A DNA stretch of 63,863 bases, counting the filler, from Octopus bimaculoides (lineage: Eukaryota): the NCBI RefSeq assembly GCF_001194135.2. It is 8 parts of 7 records of this genome, joined end to end, with 100 filler letters (N's around TTAATTAATTAA, not from the genome) between each part and the next. Parts side by side here need not be neighbours in the genome. Positions count along the whole stretch, not along the records: positions 18,397 to 45,867 come from NC_068982.1; 7 more parts are not named here. The stretch is one strand, 5' to 3'. Shown piece by piece: positions 24,406 to 36,366 of this stretch (position 1 is its first letter; each line of letters opens with the position of its first letter). Below the pieces are notes generated by a model, which searched no databases, was not told the origin of the DNA, and saw only the letters and a program-made list of their open reading frames with translations. Both the position numbers and the translations under genes were made by a program.

Positions 24406-24794
24406 GATCGTGGAGGCGCAATGGCCCAGTGGTTAGGGCAGCGGACACGCGGTCGTAGGATCGCGGTTTCGATTCCCAGACCGGGCATTGTTAGTGTTTA
24501 TTAAGCGAAAACACCTAAAGCTCCACGAGGCTCCGGCAGGGGATGGTGGCGAACCCTGCTGTTCTCTTTCACCACAACTTTCTCTCACTCTTTCTCCCTA
24601 TTTCTGTTGTACCTGCATTTCAAAGGGCCAGCCTTGTCACACTGTGTCACGCTGAATTTCCCTGAGAACTACGTTAAGGGTACACGTGTCTGTGGAGTGC
24701 TCAGCCACTTGCACGTTAATTTCACGAGCAGGCTGTTCCGTTGATCGGATCAACTGGAACCCTCATCGTCGTATCCGACGGAGTGCCAACCAAC
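24406..24794 (+). mobile_element. tRNA-derived SINE family A, full length, with 10-bp TSD
   Basis: GGAGGCGCAATGGCCCAGTGGTTAGGGC...GGTTTCGATTCCC. TSD CATGATACAC at 24396-24405 and 24795-24804. Confidence 0.92.
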
Positions 24795-25252
24795 CATGAT
24801 ACACTATATACTCATATGACTGCATCACTTGACCACGTCACATGACAGGTATATATCTTAACAAACTTGGAAGGCTCAATAACAAAGTCGACCGTGGTAA
24901 GACATAGAAAGAGGAAAGACAATGGTATGGTGTATTTTCTCCGACGCTCTACATTCACTGTACTGTCTTCGACCGAGACAGCAGTTAGAAATAAGAGCCA
25001 AATTCCTCCAAATTCAACTCTAGTGTCTTAAAAAGATATTAAATAAATTATTAAAAAAATATAGTCTAAGACATAAAAGAAGCTGATGTCTAGCGACGTG
25101 CTCTCAGTTTTAGTTTCAGAAAAACAAAACCGAAAAAATTGTGTGTATATGTGTGAATGTAGCATTTCTATATGCTTACATTCACAGAAAGATATTATTT
25201 CCACAAATATATAACTATATATCATATATCATGTCATATATATATATACATG

Positions 25253-25296
<44 letters not shown>

Positions 25297-25397
25297 NNNN
25301 NNNNNNNNNNNNNNNNNNNNNNNNNNNNNNNNNNNNNNNNNNNNNNNNNNNNNNNNNNNNNNNNNNNNNNNNNNNNNNNNNNNNNNNNNNNNNNNNN

Positions 25398-25433
<36 letters not shown>

Positions 25434-25562
25434 AGATTCAAGTGAATGAGGCACTTAAATGGTAAGGCACCGGGTCGGTGGAAACAGCTGAAATGAATTG
25501 ACACTTTTCCATTGTTTGTTTATTATCTACATCTATAGGTATCTATCTATATATGTATGTAT

Positions 25563-25603
<41 letters not shown>

Positions 25604-25611
25604 TGTGCATA

Positions 25612-25872
25612 TGCGAGGAGAAGTAAAAAATTAACCGCACTTTCGCTATAACATAACAGATCATTGCTCTTTGTTCTTCTTTGGTGCACATTGCTACTAG
25701 AATGGCCATCCTTACACTGAAAAGCCAGAAAGAAAAGTGGCACGATCATGCTCAAACTTCGATCACGTGACCACAAAAGTACCAGCTATAGCACGCATGC
25801 GCAGCAGGTTGTGTGATAATAATAAAGACATGTTATGGCGATAGTGCGGATAATTTTTGACTTTTCCTCGTA
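25612..25872. mobile_element. Tc1/mariner-type MITE
   Basis: ~45-bp TIRs (TA)CGAGGA(G/A)AAGT(A/C)AAAAATTA(A/T)CCGCACT(T/A)TCGC(T/C)ATAACAT, with TA-type flanks. Confidence 0.85.
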
Positions 25873-26050
25873 TATATAAATACAAAGAGAGATACATACA
25901 TACATACATACATACGTACATACATACATACATACATACATACGTACATACATGCATACATACATACATACATACATTCATACATACATAAATGCGAACA
26001 CGTGGTTAGTTAAAATAAATTTGCGATAAATTTCAAATTCTTAAGGTATG

Positions 26051-26131
26051 GGAAAAATTCTCCCTTATGGTAAAAGGCGTAAAACACCATATGGTAGTTT
26101 TATACCTTTTACCATAAGGGAGAATTTTTTC
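26051..26131. repeat. ~81-bp near-perfect palindrome
   Basis: GGAAAAATTCTCCCTTATGGTAAAAGG...CCAT|ATGG...CCTTTTACCATAAGGGAGAATTTTT, centred at 26090/26091. Confidence 0.9.
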
Positions 26132-26296
26132 TCCACAAGAACTGTAGTGAATTTAACTTTAGCAGTTGAAATATATCACAAACATGTTTTAACTAACCTA
26201 CAGTTCGCGTATGCCTAATCATTGCTTGGCGCTGATACTGTTGAGTGTGTGTGTGTGGGTGCGTGTGCGTGACGGAAGCAGTATTAATACCAAAAG

Positions 26297-26709
26297 GTAA
26301 TCTTTATATCCATCTTAACATGGCTGCCTTGTTAGAACACCGAATACTGTATTATTAGTCTTGAGAGATCCTGTTATATAGTCGCTTGGTGTATAAAAAC
26401 ACACACAGTTTATTGCAGACAAGAATCGTTTGTCACCGGTGCCGGAATTCCTATATCACATGATTTTATTCTACTGGAAATCATCATTCGGTCACTGCAC
26501 GCTAGTCAAATCTCATTGATACGGTATATAGATATATAAATCACGTGATATGGGAATTCCGGCACCCATGACAGACGACTCTGGTTAGCTACGATCTATG
26601 TGTGTGTTTTTCTGTACCAAGCGTCTATATAAGAGAATCTTTCAAGACTAATAACGCAGCGTCCGGTGTTCTAACTAGACATCCATATTAAGTTGGCTAT
26701 AAAGATTAC
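26297..26709. mobile_element. Fold-back element with ~173-bp inverted arms and a 66-bp spacer
   Basis: 26297-26469 aligns to the reverse complement of 26536-26709, roughly 75-80% identical by eye. Confidence 0.88.
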
Positions 26710-27689
26710 ATCCAATATGGTTAGACAACAAGATGGCGTTCGACTCTGTCTCTCACTCATGGATGATAGAATCATTACACTTTGCAAAATAACGGCTGCT
26801 ACAGTGAATGTGAATTATTCTGTCGACTGAGTTCCTTCCAAAATTAAATCCATGCATATACACACATACATACACGCATATGTATACACAGTTAAATACT
26901 TTGTGACACTCGCACAAAGACACACATTATAATTCACCCGAAAACACAATATTTTCTCAAAGGAGTGTAGTTGTTTCCTATACAAAATTATTATTAATGA
27001 AAATTGACGTAGAAATTGGGGGATCAGTAGTAATTCTTTGTTTAGTTGTGATTTATGACCTCACTTCTTTGTTATTAAATCTCATATTAGCAATTAACGT
27101 TTTTCACCTGCTGTTTGATGAATGGCATGTTCTTATTATTGCAGGTTAGCTAACGAATAACAGTTACTGAATGCATTGAGCAACAAAGATAGAAACAACA
27201 TATCCTTTTGTCTGGATTGACAAATTTCCTTGCTGTGATAGTGAATGAGATTTGTTGCAATTACTGTTCTGATAGTGCCTAACAAGATAGAAACACATAT
27301 CCGTAACTGTCTTCATGTCTCCAGAAAAAAAACAACAAAAAAAAAAACAAAACCAAACGAAAAATATTTTCTTTGACGTGTTATTTTAGAAAATTCTAGA
27401 TTCGTAAGATTATATCAACCTCTTATTAGGATTCGGCTGCTGTTGCCATCAAAACGAAGATAATTTTAATAAATAAAGACATTTCTAATATTTCATATAA
27501 CTTCATTCGTTTTTGTTGTCCAAATTCATGCCACTGACCCCTCTGCGATATTTCTCTTAGCTGGCCCCACCCGACATGGATAGCTAGCTACATACATGCA
27601 TACGTACATACATACATACATACATACATATATACATACATATAAATACACACACATACATAGATGTATATACACACACAGATGCTTTT

Positions 27690-27875
27690 CTCCAATCAGT
27701 CGCCATGAATGACCGCTAAATCCACAAGTTTTTTTTCTCTCTCTGTTTATTTTCTCGTGTTTCCTTTCTGTTGAAGAGCGTAGGCTCGAAACGTAAAAGA
27801 CTTTCTAACCTTCCCGAGCGTTAAACTAATACACCTGCTTGTTGTTTATACACCTGTCTTTTGTTTTTCTTTAAA

Positions 27876-27878
<3 letters not shown>
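27690..27878 (+). mobile_element. Family F repeat with a hammerhead-like motif at 27764-27799
   Basis: CTTT-CTGTTGA-A-GAGC(GTAG)GCTC-GAAAC-GT-A-AAAG. Confidence 0.85.
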
Positions 27879-27917
<39 letters not shown>

Positions 27918-27974
27918 GTATGCATGTATGTATGTATGTATGCATGCATGTATGCATACTTACATACATAAAAA

Positions 27975-28250
27975 CATCAATTCGGTGCAAACATAACGGA
28001 CCTGATATTGCTCTGTGGGACATGGTTCAAAAGTCATGCACTGTTGTAGAGGTCAGCTGCCCAGCAGATGTGAATGTACAATCAAAAGTCCAGGAAAAAG
28101 AGAACATTTATGGTGAATTAGTGCACTCTAACTATGAATTCACATTTGTACCTCTCATCATAGGTGCATTAGGTCACGTACCAACATATTTGCACAAAAA
28201 CTTAGAAATACTTGGTTTCACGGAAAAAGAGCAAAAAAAAAAAAACTGAC
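27975..28250 (+). mobile_element. Non-LTR retrotransposon fragment, restriction-like endonuclease (R2/R4 group)
   Basis: PDIALWD...VVEVSCPADVNVQSKVQEKENIYGEL...FVPLIIGALG fits the PD-(D/E)xK RLE pattern. Flanked by microsatellites. Confidence 0.8.
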
Positions 28251-28271
28251 GCGGATTCTTTCAAAGAAAAA

Positions 28272-28306
<35 letters not shown>

Positions 28307-28462
28307 TTATGGATTAGAGACAGGTATTCCCTGTATAGAATACACTTCGTAGTGCTCAACAGATTCGAACTTGAGCAGGTAGAGGAGTAAATGTAAGGAC
28401 AAGTTAGACAACTCTTGTCTAACTTGCTTGTCCTAACTTGCTTGTCCCCACACACATATATA

Positions 28463-28526
<64 letters not shown>

Positions 28527-29402
28527 ATCAAGTTAAATAGCTACATTCTCTCTTCACCTAGGACCTGCATGTCTCTGCTTTGTCTCGACATCCTTTCAAT
28601 GTCTCACTTCTCAGAACACACATTGATCCGATTAACAAATATTCTCACTGTTTCTGAGCCTCATTATACCCCCTTACATGGTCTTGAGGCCCAGTGAAAA
28701 TCAGGGTCACCGTTCTCTAAGTTTGTCAATCATTTTAGAAAGTTCTGTTTGAGTTGACAACAGACGCGGACAACCTCAGAATAACCTCAAATTCATATGT
28801 AATCGATCGCAATGACATTGGAATATATAATTATTATTGATTTGCCGTTAATATATGTTCAAAGAACATTGAAGTTCGTGGAATAATTGCTTAATGTCAA
28901 TTGTATTATCGATTAGATGATTGCTCAAAGCATAATATTTATTATTCATCCTCACATATTAGACACTGACATATTTACATATGTTCATACGCACATAAAT
29001 AAATATGTATGTCTACATAAATACGTACGTGTATAAATTCATACATTTACGTGGACGTACAAGCATACATTACTTACATATATATAGAAGCACACATGCA
29101 TATATACGCATATATACGTGTATATGTATATATATATATATGTGCGTGTGTGTGTGTGTGTGTTTACATAAATATGTCTGTAGAATACTCACCTATATCA
29201 TACTCTAATTCAACGACTAGGTCGTTCGGTCGAACGGACAGCAGGACACTCATACATCCTTCTGGACAGGAGAGTTAATCTTATAGTGTTTGAATATTTC
29301 ATTTATATATTTTTACGCACCATGTGCTCTGATTTTGGCGCAAAACAAAACCAGTTGCACAGTCAGAGACTAACCTGAACAGTCATGGATTTAAACTGGT
29401 GG

Positions 29403-29458
29403 TCCACACTCACGAGGCTCAAGGTTGAATAACCAAAAGCCGAAACCTGGTTTGTGGA
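29403..29458 (+). ncRNA. Near-canonical minimal type-I hammerhead ribozyme motif
   Basis: TCCACA-CTCACGA-GGCT(...GGTT GAAT AACC...)AGCC-GAAA-CC T GG-T-T-TGTGGA. Stem I is a perfect 6 bp; the only core change is G5C. Confidence 0.7.
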
Positions 29459-29934
29459 TATCCCTAATTGCATAATTTTTATTTGTGCTGTTAAATGTTT
29501 TAATTCTTTCTGTTTTCCTCGCATACTGTTTTTCTCTGTTATATTGGTGCGCTACGGTGGATTATTTAAGACTTGGCTCTTATTTCTAGCAGGTAGATGC
29601 TCATTAAGCATCATTACGCTTCGTGCAAATTTCATAGCTGCCTAAAGCTATCATAACTGCGTTCCACCCATGCTNNNNNNNNNNNNNNNNNNNNNNNNNN
29701 NNNNNNNNNNNNNNNNNNNNNNNNNNNNNNNNNNNNNNNNNNNNNNNNNNNNNNNNNNNNNNNNNNNNNNNNNNNNNNNNNNNNNNNNNNNNNNNNNNNN
29801 NNNNNNNNNNNNNNNNNNNNNNNNNNNNNNNNNNNNNNNNNNNNNNNNNNNNNNNNNNNNNNNNNNNNNNNNNNNNNNNNNNNNNNNNNNNNNNNNNNNN
29901 NNNNNNNNNNNNNNNNNNNNNNNNNNNNNNNNNN

Positions 29935-29966
<32 letters not shown>

Positions 29967-30192
29967 AATATATGAGTATATGCATATATATGTACATGTA
30001 TGTATATACGTTCATATACATGTACTTATAGATACATAACTGGGTACATGACGTGGCAAAATAACAAGGACAAAATGGTAAACAAGGTGCAACAAACAAG
30101 CAGGTCACATAGAAACATCCCCTTCTATATATATATATATATACATATTTACTCTCTCTTTCCCTCTCTCTCTCTCACACGCACGCACACAC

Positions 30193-30473
30193 GGCCCAGT
30201 GTTTAGAGTGTTGCACTCATGATCGCTAGGTCATGATTTCAATTTCTAGACGAATTGGTGCGTTGTGTTCTTGAGCAAAACACTTCATCTCACTCGTTGC
30301 TCTGTGGTTACTTAGACATTTGACACGTGGCTCACCGTGCACCTGTTCAGACAATTTGATGGAGAGAGTGAGCTAATGTGCGGCGCGAGCGTTTGATCAC
30401 TGGAAACAAATCATTTGTGCAGGTCGTTCGACAAAAGTTGAACGCTCATACGTCGTCTTCGACGGAAGAGTCC
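30193..30473 (+). mobile_element. SINE family D head and core with a different 3' tail
   Basis: Same GCGTTGTGTTCTTGAGCAAAACACTTCAT core. The tail ends ...CGTCGTCTTCGACGGAAGAGTCC, resembling the family A tail. Confidence 0.7.
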
Positions 30474-30677
30474 GTCATCATTATCGTCACCGTCGTCATC
30501 ATCATCATCTACANNNNNNNNNNNNNNNNNNNNNNNNNNNNNNNNNNNNNNNNNNNNNNNNNNNNNNNNNNNNNNNNNNNNNNNNNNNNNNNNNNNNNNN
30601 NNNNNNNNNNNNNNNNNNNNNNNNNNNNNNNNNACACACACACACACACATACGTATATATGCATATAGCTATGCAT

Positions 30678-30834
30678 ATATCGGTACAGGACGTCACAAA
30701 AACGTAAACAAACATGAAATACGAAAATAACGTTGGGTACGCAAAAAACGAGAGAAACGAATGGAAAACAAAATAAGTAACATAAAAATCGATCCTTCAT
30801 CAGTTGTTGGCTCTCCTACTCCTTATTTCGAGCA
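30678..30834 (+). mobile_element. Family G repeat
   Basis: GTACAGGACGTCAC...CCTTCATCAGTTGTTGGC...ATTTCGAGCA. Confidence 0.65.
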
Positions 30835-30932
30835 ATATGTTTGCATACATACCGGCGAGAGACAGTCACGGGCAAGCTACTTGTCCTTAAGCTGGAACTA
30901 CTAATACATTGTCATCGTAAGGAATTACAAGG

Positions 30933-31017
30933 TCAGTTGTCGGACTGTTTATTACTACCTGTTTCGTGCTTTTAACGTTAAAAACACGAAATGGGTTTGT
31001 AAGACAGTCGACAAATA
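30933..31017. repeat. 85-bp hairpin segment identical to 33333-33417
   Basis: Base-for-base identical at a 2400-bp offset, with an internal imperfect palindrome centred on AACGTT. Confidence 0.9.
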
Positions 31018-31759
31018 TCGACAGTTGTTTGGGCGATCCTGTATCTAAGAACGAGGAAACTACAGAACTGTAAAATGCTTAAATGTTATATATAAACCTT
31101 ACACTACTTACATAATTTGAATTTATTTCTCCAGGATCACTGCAAAACAAACAACATAGTGATTGATCTACAAGTAGGCGGGAGGCAGGTGCTTGAGACA
31201 GTACTGAAGTGATGAATTCCTCATCAGAAAAGCCGGAAAATACAGACCGTTACTAGTTCCCACATTAACAGCGATACTGGCAGGATCTATGGTACACGAA
31301 GGAATGCAAGCAGCCATAAAGTCAGTCCAAACGGTCTTAAAATGCTGTATCATATCAGACAACACCTAGGGTGCAATAAAATGAAAACTAAGCGCATTAT
31401 ATGAATACTGAACAGTGAAAATAATAACAGCTTGAGACTAGGTTAGGAACTTCTGAATAGGTACTCTGAATATGCAGCTGTTCTACGAGACCTTAAGATA
31501 TCTGAATTATCCTACTTAAAAGAGAAACTTAGATTAGCAGAAAGTTATGTATGAGTATATAATCCACAAGAGGTTACTTGAATGATTTTAGAAAAATACG
31601 TATAACTCATCAAAGACAAGTTGTATTTGAAAATAAATTGGTACAAACAACCTTGAAAATCCTTTTATCACACTTATTCAATGAATTCGCCGTTAGCGTG
31701 AATGGTAGCTTCAGTACGTGGTCAGAAGCGTATTTTCGTTTTGTTGTTGGGAAGTACAA

Positions 31760-32390
31760 ACTCCTCCGGCATTATATTTCATTAGTTTGTTTTGCTTTGA
31801 GGGTTGGCTTGAGTCTTTTTTTTTTATTAGTGTTATATTGTGTGTCTGTGTATGATTCAAGCTCTTTTCTTGTGTTGAGTACCCGACTGTAGAGTACATG
31901 TCGTGGGGTTTGTTTATTCTATTGGAAATCTACTGTATAGTATGTGTCTTGTGTTTGTAAATTGTTTTATTTAGGTGTGCTTTTCAATTGATAGTGCCTT
32001 GTGTAGGATGCTGGCTGCTCCGAGCATGGCTGTATTTTGGATAGTCTTTAGTGTTGAGGGTCCAGGTGTAGCTTTTACGTTTTCATTCATACGTCTTTTA
32101 TCATACCCAGTGCTCCAATTATTAGTGGTATTGTTTTCACCTTCAAGCCCCACATATTGAATACTTCAATTTGGAGACGTTTGTACCTTGACAATTTCTC
32201 CACTTTGTTTTGAGCAATATTTTGGTCAGAAGGGACTGCAATGTCTATCAGTAAGCAGGTATTTTTTTCCCCACTTCTTGATTATTATATCTGGGCAATT
32301 AATTTTGATTTCTTTGTCAGTTTGAACAGACATATCCCAGATGATTGTGGACCGATCGTTGTCATGTACCTTGTTTGGCTCTATTATTTT
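31760..32390 (-). mobile_element. 5'-truncated R4/Dong-like non-LTR element, RLE domain and 3' UTR
   Basis: Frameshifted reading TIIWDMSVQTDKEIKINCPDIII...LIDIAVPSDQ...EKLSRYKRLQIE...MWGLKVKTIPLIIGALGMIK...IQNTAMLGAASILHKALSIEKHT*. Confidence 0.88.
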
Positions 32391-32867
32391 TATTGAAAAG
32401 AATCTTTCCTGTTTGGTGATGATAATGAACAAGCCAAGTTCACATTACTGTTTATATTATATTCAAACATTTCTTCTCTAATTGATCGATATTGATCACT
32501 TAAAGATTGATGATGATATATTTGACATTTGACATCAGCATGGAATATTTAGAACAATTGAATCGATAGAATACCGAATAATCTACGGTTCGTTTCGTGC
32601 TCTTAGCACTCACTCTCCTCACTTTCCAATCTAGCTATGATGTCTTGGTGCAGATATCTGCTCAAAGGAGCGGGAACAATATTTTAGAGGCCAGTGATGT
32701 ATGTTTTCCAATAAGAAGAGCACCAGCGAAGAAAAAGCTGCATCAGAGACACATAACTTTTAAAGTGTATGTTTACTCTTCTTAGGCAAAGCATCTAGCT
32801 CTAACTGTTTTACAGACAACTTAGCTCTTTTACCTTTTATATTTTTCTTTGTTCATGTATTTTTAAT

Positions 32868-33060
32868 TGTTTCAGTAATAGGATTGCCGCCACGCTGGTG
32901 CACAGCTCTGAAGGGTTCAGTCGAACAAGCCGACTCCAATACATATTTTAAAGCTTAGTACTTATTCTCTAGGTCTCTTTGCCGAACGTCTAAGGTACGG
33001 AGACGTAAACAACCCAACACTGGTCGCCAAGCATTGGTGGGGGACTAACACAACACAAAC
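32868..33060 (-). mobile_element. Degenerate SINE family C, 3' half
   Basis: Match to the family C tail. Confidence 0.7.
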
Positions 33061-33239
33061 ACAAAGGTACACACCCTACCCATGTATATATAGTACTAGT
33101 AGGCATCCGTCTGTCTCGAGAGGCCATGGATTTGTGCCCGAAGAAATTGTGTCAGCTGGTGACAGTGGTGCAGCGTTTGCTGCGGCTGTTGAAGCCCACA
33201 CGCATATATGTACATATATATATATAAATACAAAATACA

Positions 33240-33437
33240 CATTAAGTACAGGACATCATCAACGAGTGAAAAATACGTAAACACACGAGAGAAAGGTACA
33301 GAACAAAATACCAAGAGAAAATAACTCGCTCATCAGTTGTCGGACTGTTTATTACTACCTGTTTCGTGCTTTTAACGTTAAAAACACGAAATGGGTTTGT
33401 AAGACAGTCGACAAATAATGATGTCCTGTACTTAATG
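33240..33437. mobile_element. Family G fold-back: one copy plus an inverted, internally deleted copy
   Basis: Perfect 20-bp terminal inverted repeats CATTAAGTACAGGACATCAT (33240-33259 and 33418-33437) enclose the 85-bp hairpin. Confidence 0.8.
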
Positions 33438-34005
33438 TATATTTATTATTTATTTATATTTATTTATTTATCATCGAACGCCACGCAACCTTGTCCACAG
33501 TAAGTTCTTACATGCATGTATGTATGTATGTATGTATGTATGTATGTATGTATGTATGTATGTATGTATGTATNNNNNNNNNNNNNNNNNNNNNNNNNNN
33601 NNNNNNNNNNNNNNNNNNNNNNNNNNNNNNNNNNNNNNNNNNNNNNNNNNNNNNNNNNNNNNNNNNNNNNNNNNNNNNNNNNNNNNNNNNNNNNNNNNNN
33701 NNNNNNNNNNNNNNNNNNNNNNNNNNNNNNNNNNNNNNNNNNNNNNNNNNNNNNNNNNNNNNNNNNNNNNNNNNNNNNNNNNNNNNNNNNNNNNNNNNNN
33801 NNNNNNNNNNNNNNNNNNNNNNNNNNNNNNNNNNNNNNNNNNNNNNNNNNNNNNNNNNNNNNNNNNNNNNNNNNNNNNNNNNNNNNNNNNNNNNNNNNNN
33901 NNNNNNNNNNNNNNNNNNNNNNNNNNNNNNNNNNNNNNNNNNNNNNNNNNNNNNNNNNNNNNNNNNNNNNNNNNNNNNNNNNNNNNNNNNNNNNNNNNNN
34001 NNNNN

Positions 34006-34040
<35 letters not shown>

Positions 34041-34043
<3 letters not shown>

Positions 34044-34200
34044 GGGGGCATCTTTCAGTTTCCGCCCACTAAATCTACTCACAAGGCGTTGGTCGGCCCG
34101 GGGCTGCAGTAGAAGACACTTGCCCAAAGTGCTGTGCTGAAGACTGAACCTAAGACCACATGGTTATGACGCAAGCTCTTTACCCACAAACTACACCTAC
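34041..34200 (-). mobile_element. SINE family C, 5' half
   Basis: Match to the family C head; runs into (TA)n and a gap. Confidence 0.75.
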
Positions 34201-34540
34201 GACTATGTATATATTACGTATGTATTACTATATTATGCATGCATCAAGCACTGTTCCTCTGCATCGTACTAACAAGGTCAAAAAGAAAATATTGATATCG
34301 AGATATCTTAGCATTTCTTTAATAACATTTCTAGACTTTGTCACATTGTTATAAGTCACATTTTCACTCTTACACATTTGCACACTCACAAACAAATGCT
34401 TACTACAATTGTATTGTATCTAAGCACCTAGAGGCAATATTAAAATATACACTCCTCCCCACATAAAACATTCATGTGTGTATATACTCTCACACAGATA
34501 TACTTCTAATACATATAAACATATACACGAATGCACACAT

Positions 34541-34606
<66 letters not shown>

Positions 34607-35077
34607 NNNNNNNNNNNNNNNNNNNNNNNNNNNNNNNNNNNNNNNNNNNNNNNNNNNNNNNNNNNNNNNNNNNNNNNNNNNNNNNNNNNNNNNNNNNNNN
34701 NNNNNNNNNNNNNNNNNNNNNNNNNNNNNNNNNNNNNNNNNNNNNNNNNNNNNNNNNNNNNNNNNNNNNNNNNNNNNNNNNNNNNNNNNNNNNNNNNNNN
34801 NNNNNNNNNNNNNNNNNNNNNNNNNNNNNNNNNNNNNNNNNNNNNNNNNNNNNNNNNNNNNNNNNNNNNNNNNNNNNNNNNNNNNNNNNNNNNNNNNNNN
34901 NNNNNNNNNNNNNNNNNNNNNNNNNNNNNNNNNNNNNNNNNNNNNNNNNNNNNNNNNNNNNNNNNNNNNNNNNNNNNNNNNNNNNNNNNNNNNNNNNNNN
35001 NNNNNNNNNNNNNNNNNAGATACAGACCGGCAGACAGACAATAAATAGAGAGTTATATAGATACACAGATAGTTAGT

Positions 35078-35113
<36 letters not shown>

Positions 35114-35117
35114 TAGG

Positions 35118-35150
<33 letters not shown>

Positions 35151-36326
35151 GGATGGATGGATGGATGGATGGATGGATGGATGGATGGATGGATGGACAG
35201 ACAGACTGATACATAGCTAGCTAGATAGATTAGTACATACATAGTTGTAGAAATAGTAACTACATTAAGATAGAGAGACAGATATAGAGAAGATAAATCT
35301 CTAATGCATTGTAGAACTCACACCTGTTAGGAATAGTCTAAGTTAATTGTGTAATACATATCTTAGCTCCCGGGTCATATTCAAACTGGCAGTATGGGTG
35401 ATACAGCACATGAAACATCTCACTAGGCAATCATGTTAAAATATAATCCTTTAATCAAGCTGTCACTTTAACCAATAGTAGTTCAGAATAAATTTCCTAG
35501 TGGAGCATAATGTTATTGCAATTTTTGGCAGTAGTCCAAAAACAGAGGACTCGAACGTGATCGATTTGAAAATAATTGTATTCCCCTGCAGATAGCCAGG
35601 ATGAAGTTTTGGCACAGGTGATGAAAAACAAAAACGCTAAAAGTATTATAAAAAGTAAAAAGAAACAAATAATAATAATAATAATAATAAAAAAAGTTAA
35701 GTAAACGCAAAAATTTGGATATCAACCTTTTCAGTTGTGAAATTATTAGACAGTTTTCGAAAGCGGAGCAAGATAGAGAACTGTTGGTGTGTGTCGTTAC
35801 AGTTTGGTGCTCTGCACTAACAAATATGATAGCTGCGGGAGAGCTATTCCACTCTATAGCGTCAGAATTAGTTTATCGTTATTGGTAATCATAGAGTCTT
35901 TACGTATGAGTTGCAGACAGTTCTAAGGAGGTGGTGGTGGTGGTAGTGGTGTTGGTAGTTTGGAATGGAAGAATTTGTGAGTTTATCTTCTTTTTTTTTA
36001 TCTTTTTCATTGAATAGACTTTTTAAGATTTTGCTTAAATAAGTACATGAAAATGATATCTAGACACAAAAATGGTCAACACTGTTTCGTATACATACGT
36101 ACGTGCATACATACATATGGTTATACGCACATAGACACACATATACTCTCATATACTTATATATATATATATATGNNNNNNNNNNNNNNNNNNNNNNNNN
36201 NNNNNNNNNNNNNNNNNNNNNNNNNNNNNNNNNNNNNNNNNNNNNNNNNNNNNNNNNNNNNNNNNNNNNNNNNNNNNNNNNNNNNNNNNNNNNNNNNNNN
36301 NNNNNNNNNNNNNNNNNNNNNNNNNN

Positions 36327-36366
<40 letters not shown>

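Noticed and set aside
24412-24485. tRNA-like sequence (also other SINE heads)
   Set aside because: A/B boxes continue into SINE bodies with TSDs; no complete cloverleaf, so not called as tRNA genes.
31122-31330. Apparent splice acceptor TTTATTTCTCCAG followed by unique sequence
   Set aside because: All frames close within ~80 nt and no recognisable protein results.
33325-33375. Permuted (type II) hammerhead in family G (GAAAC...CTGATGA on the minus strand)
   Set aside because: Stem I and stem II do not pair convincingly.
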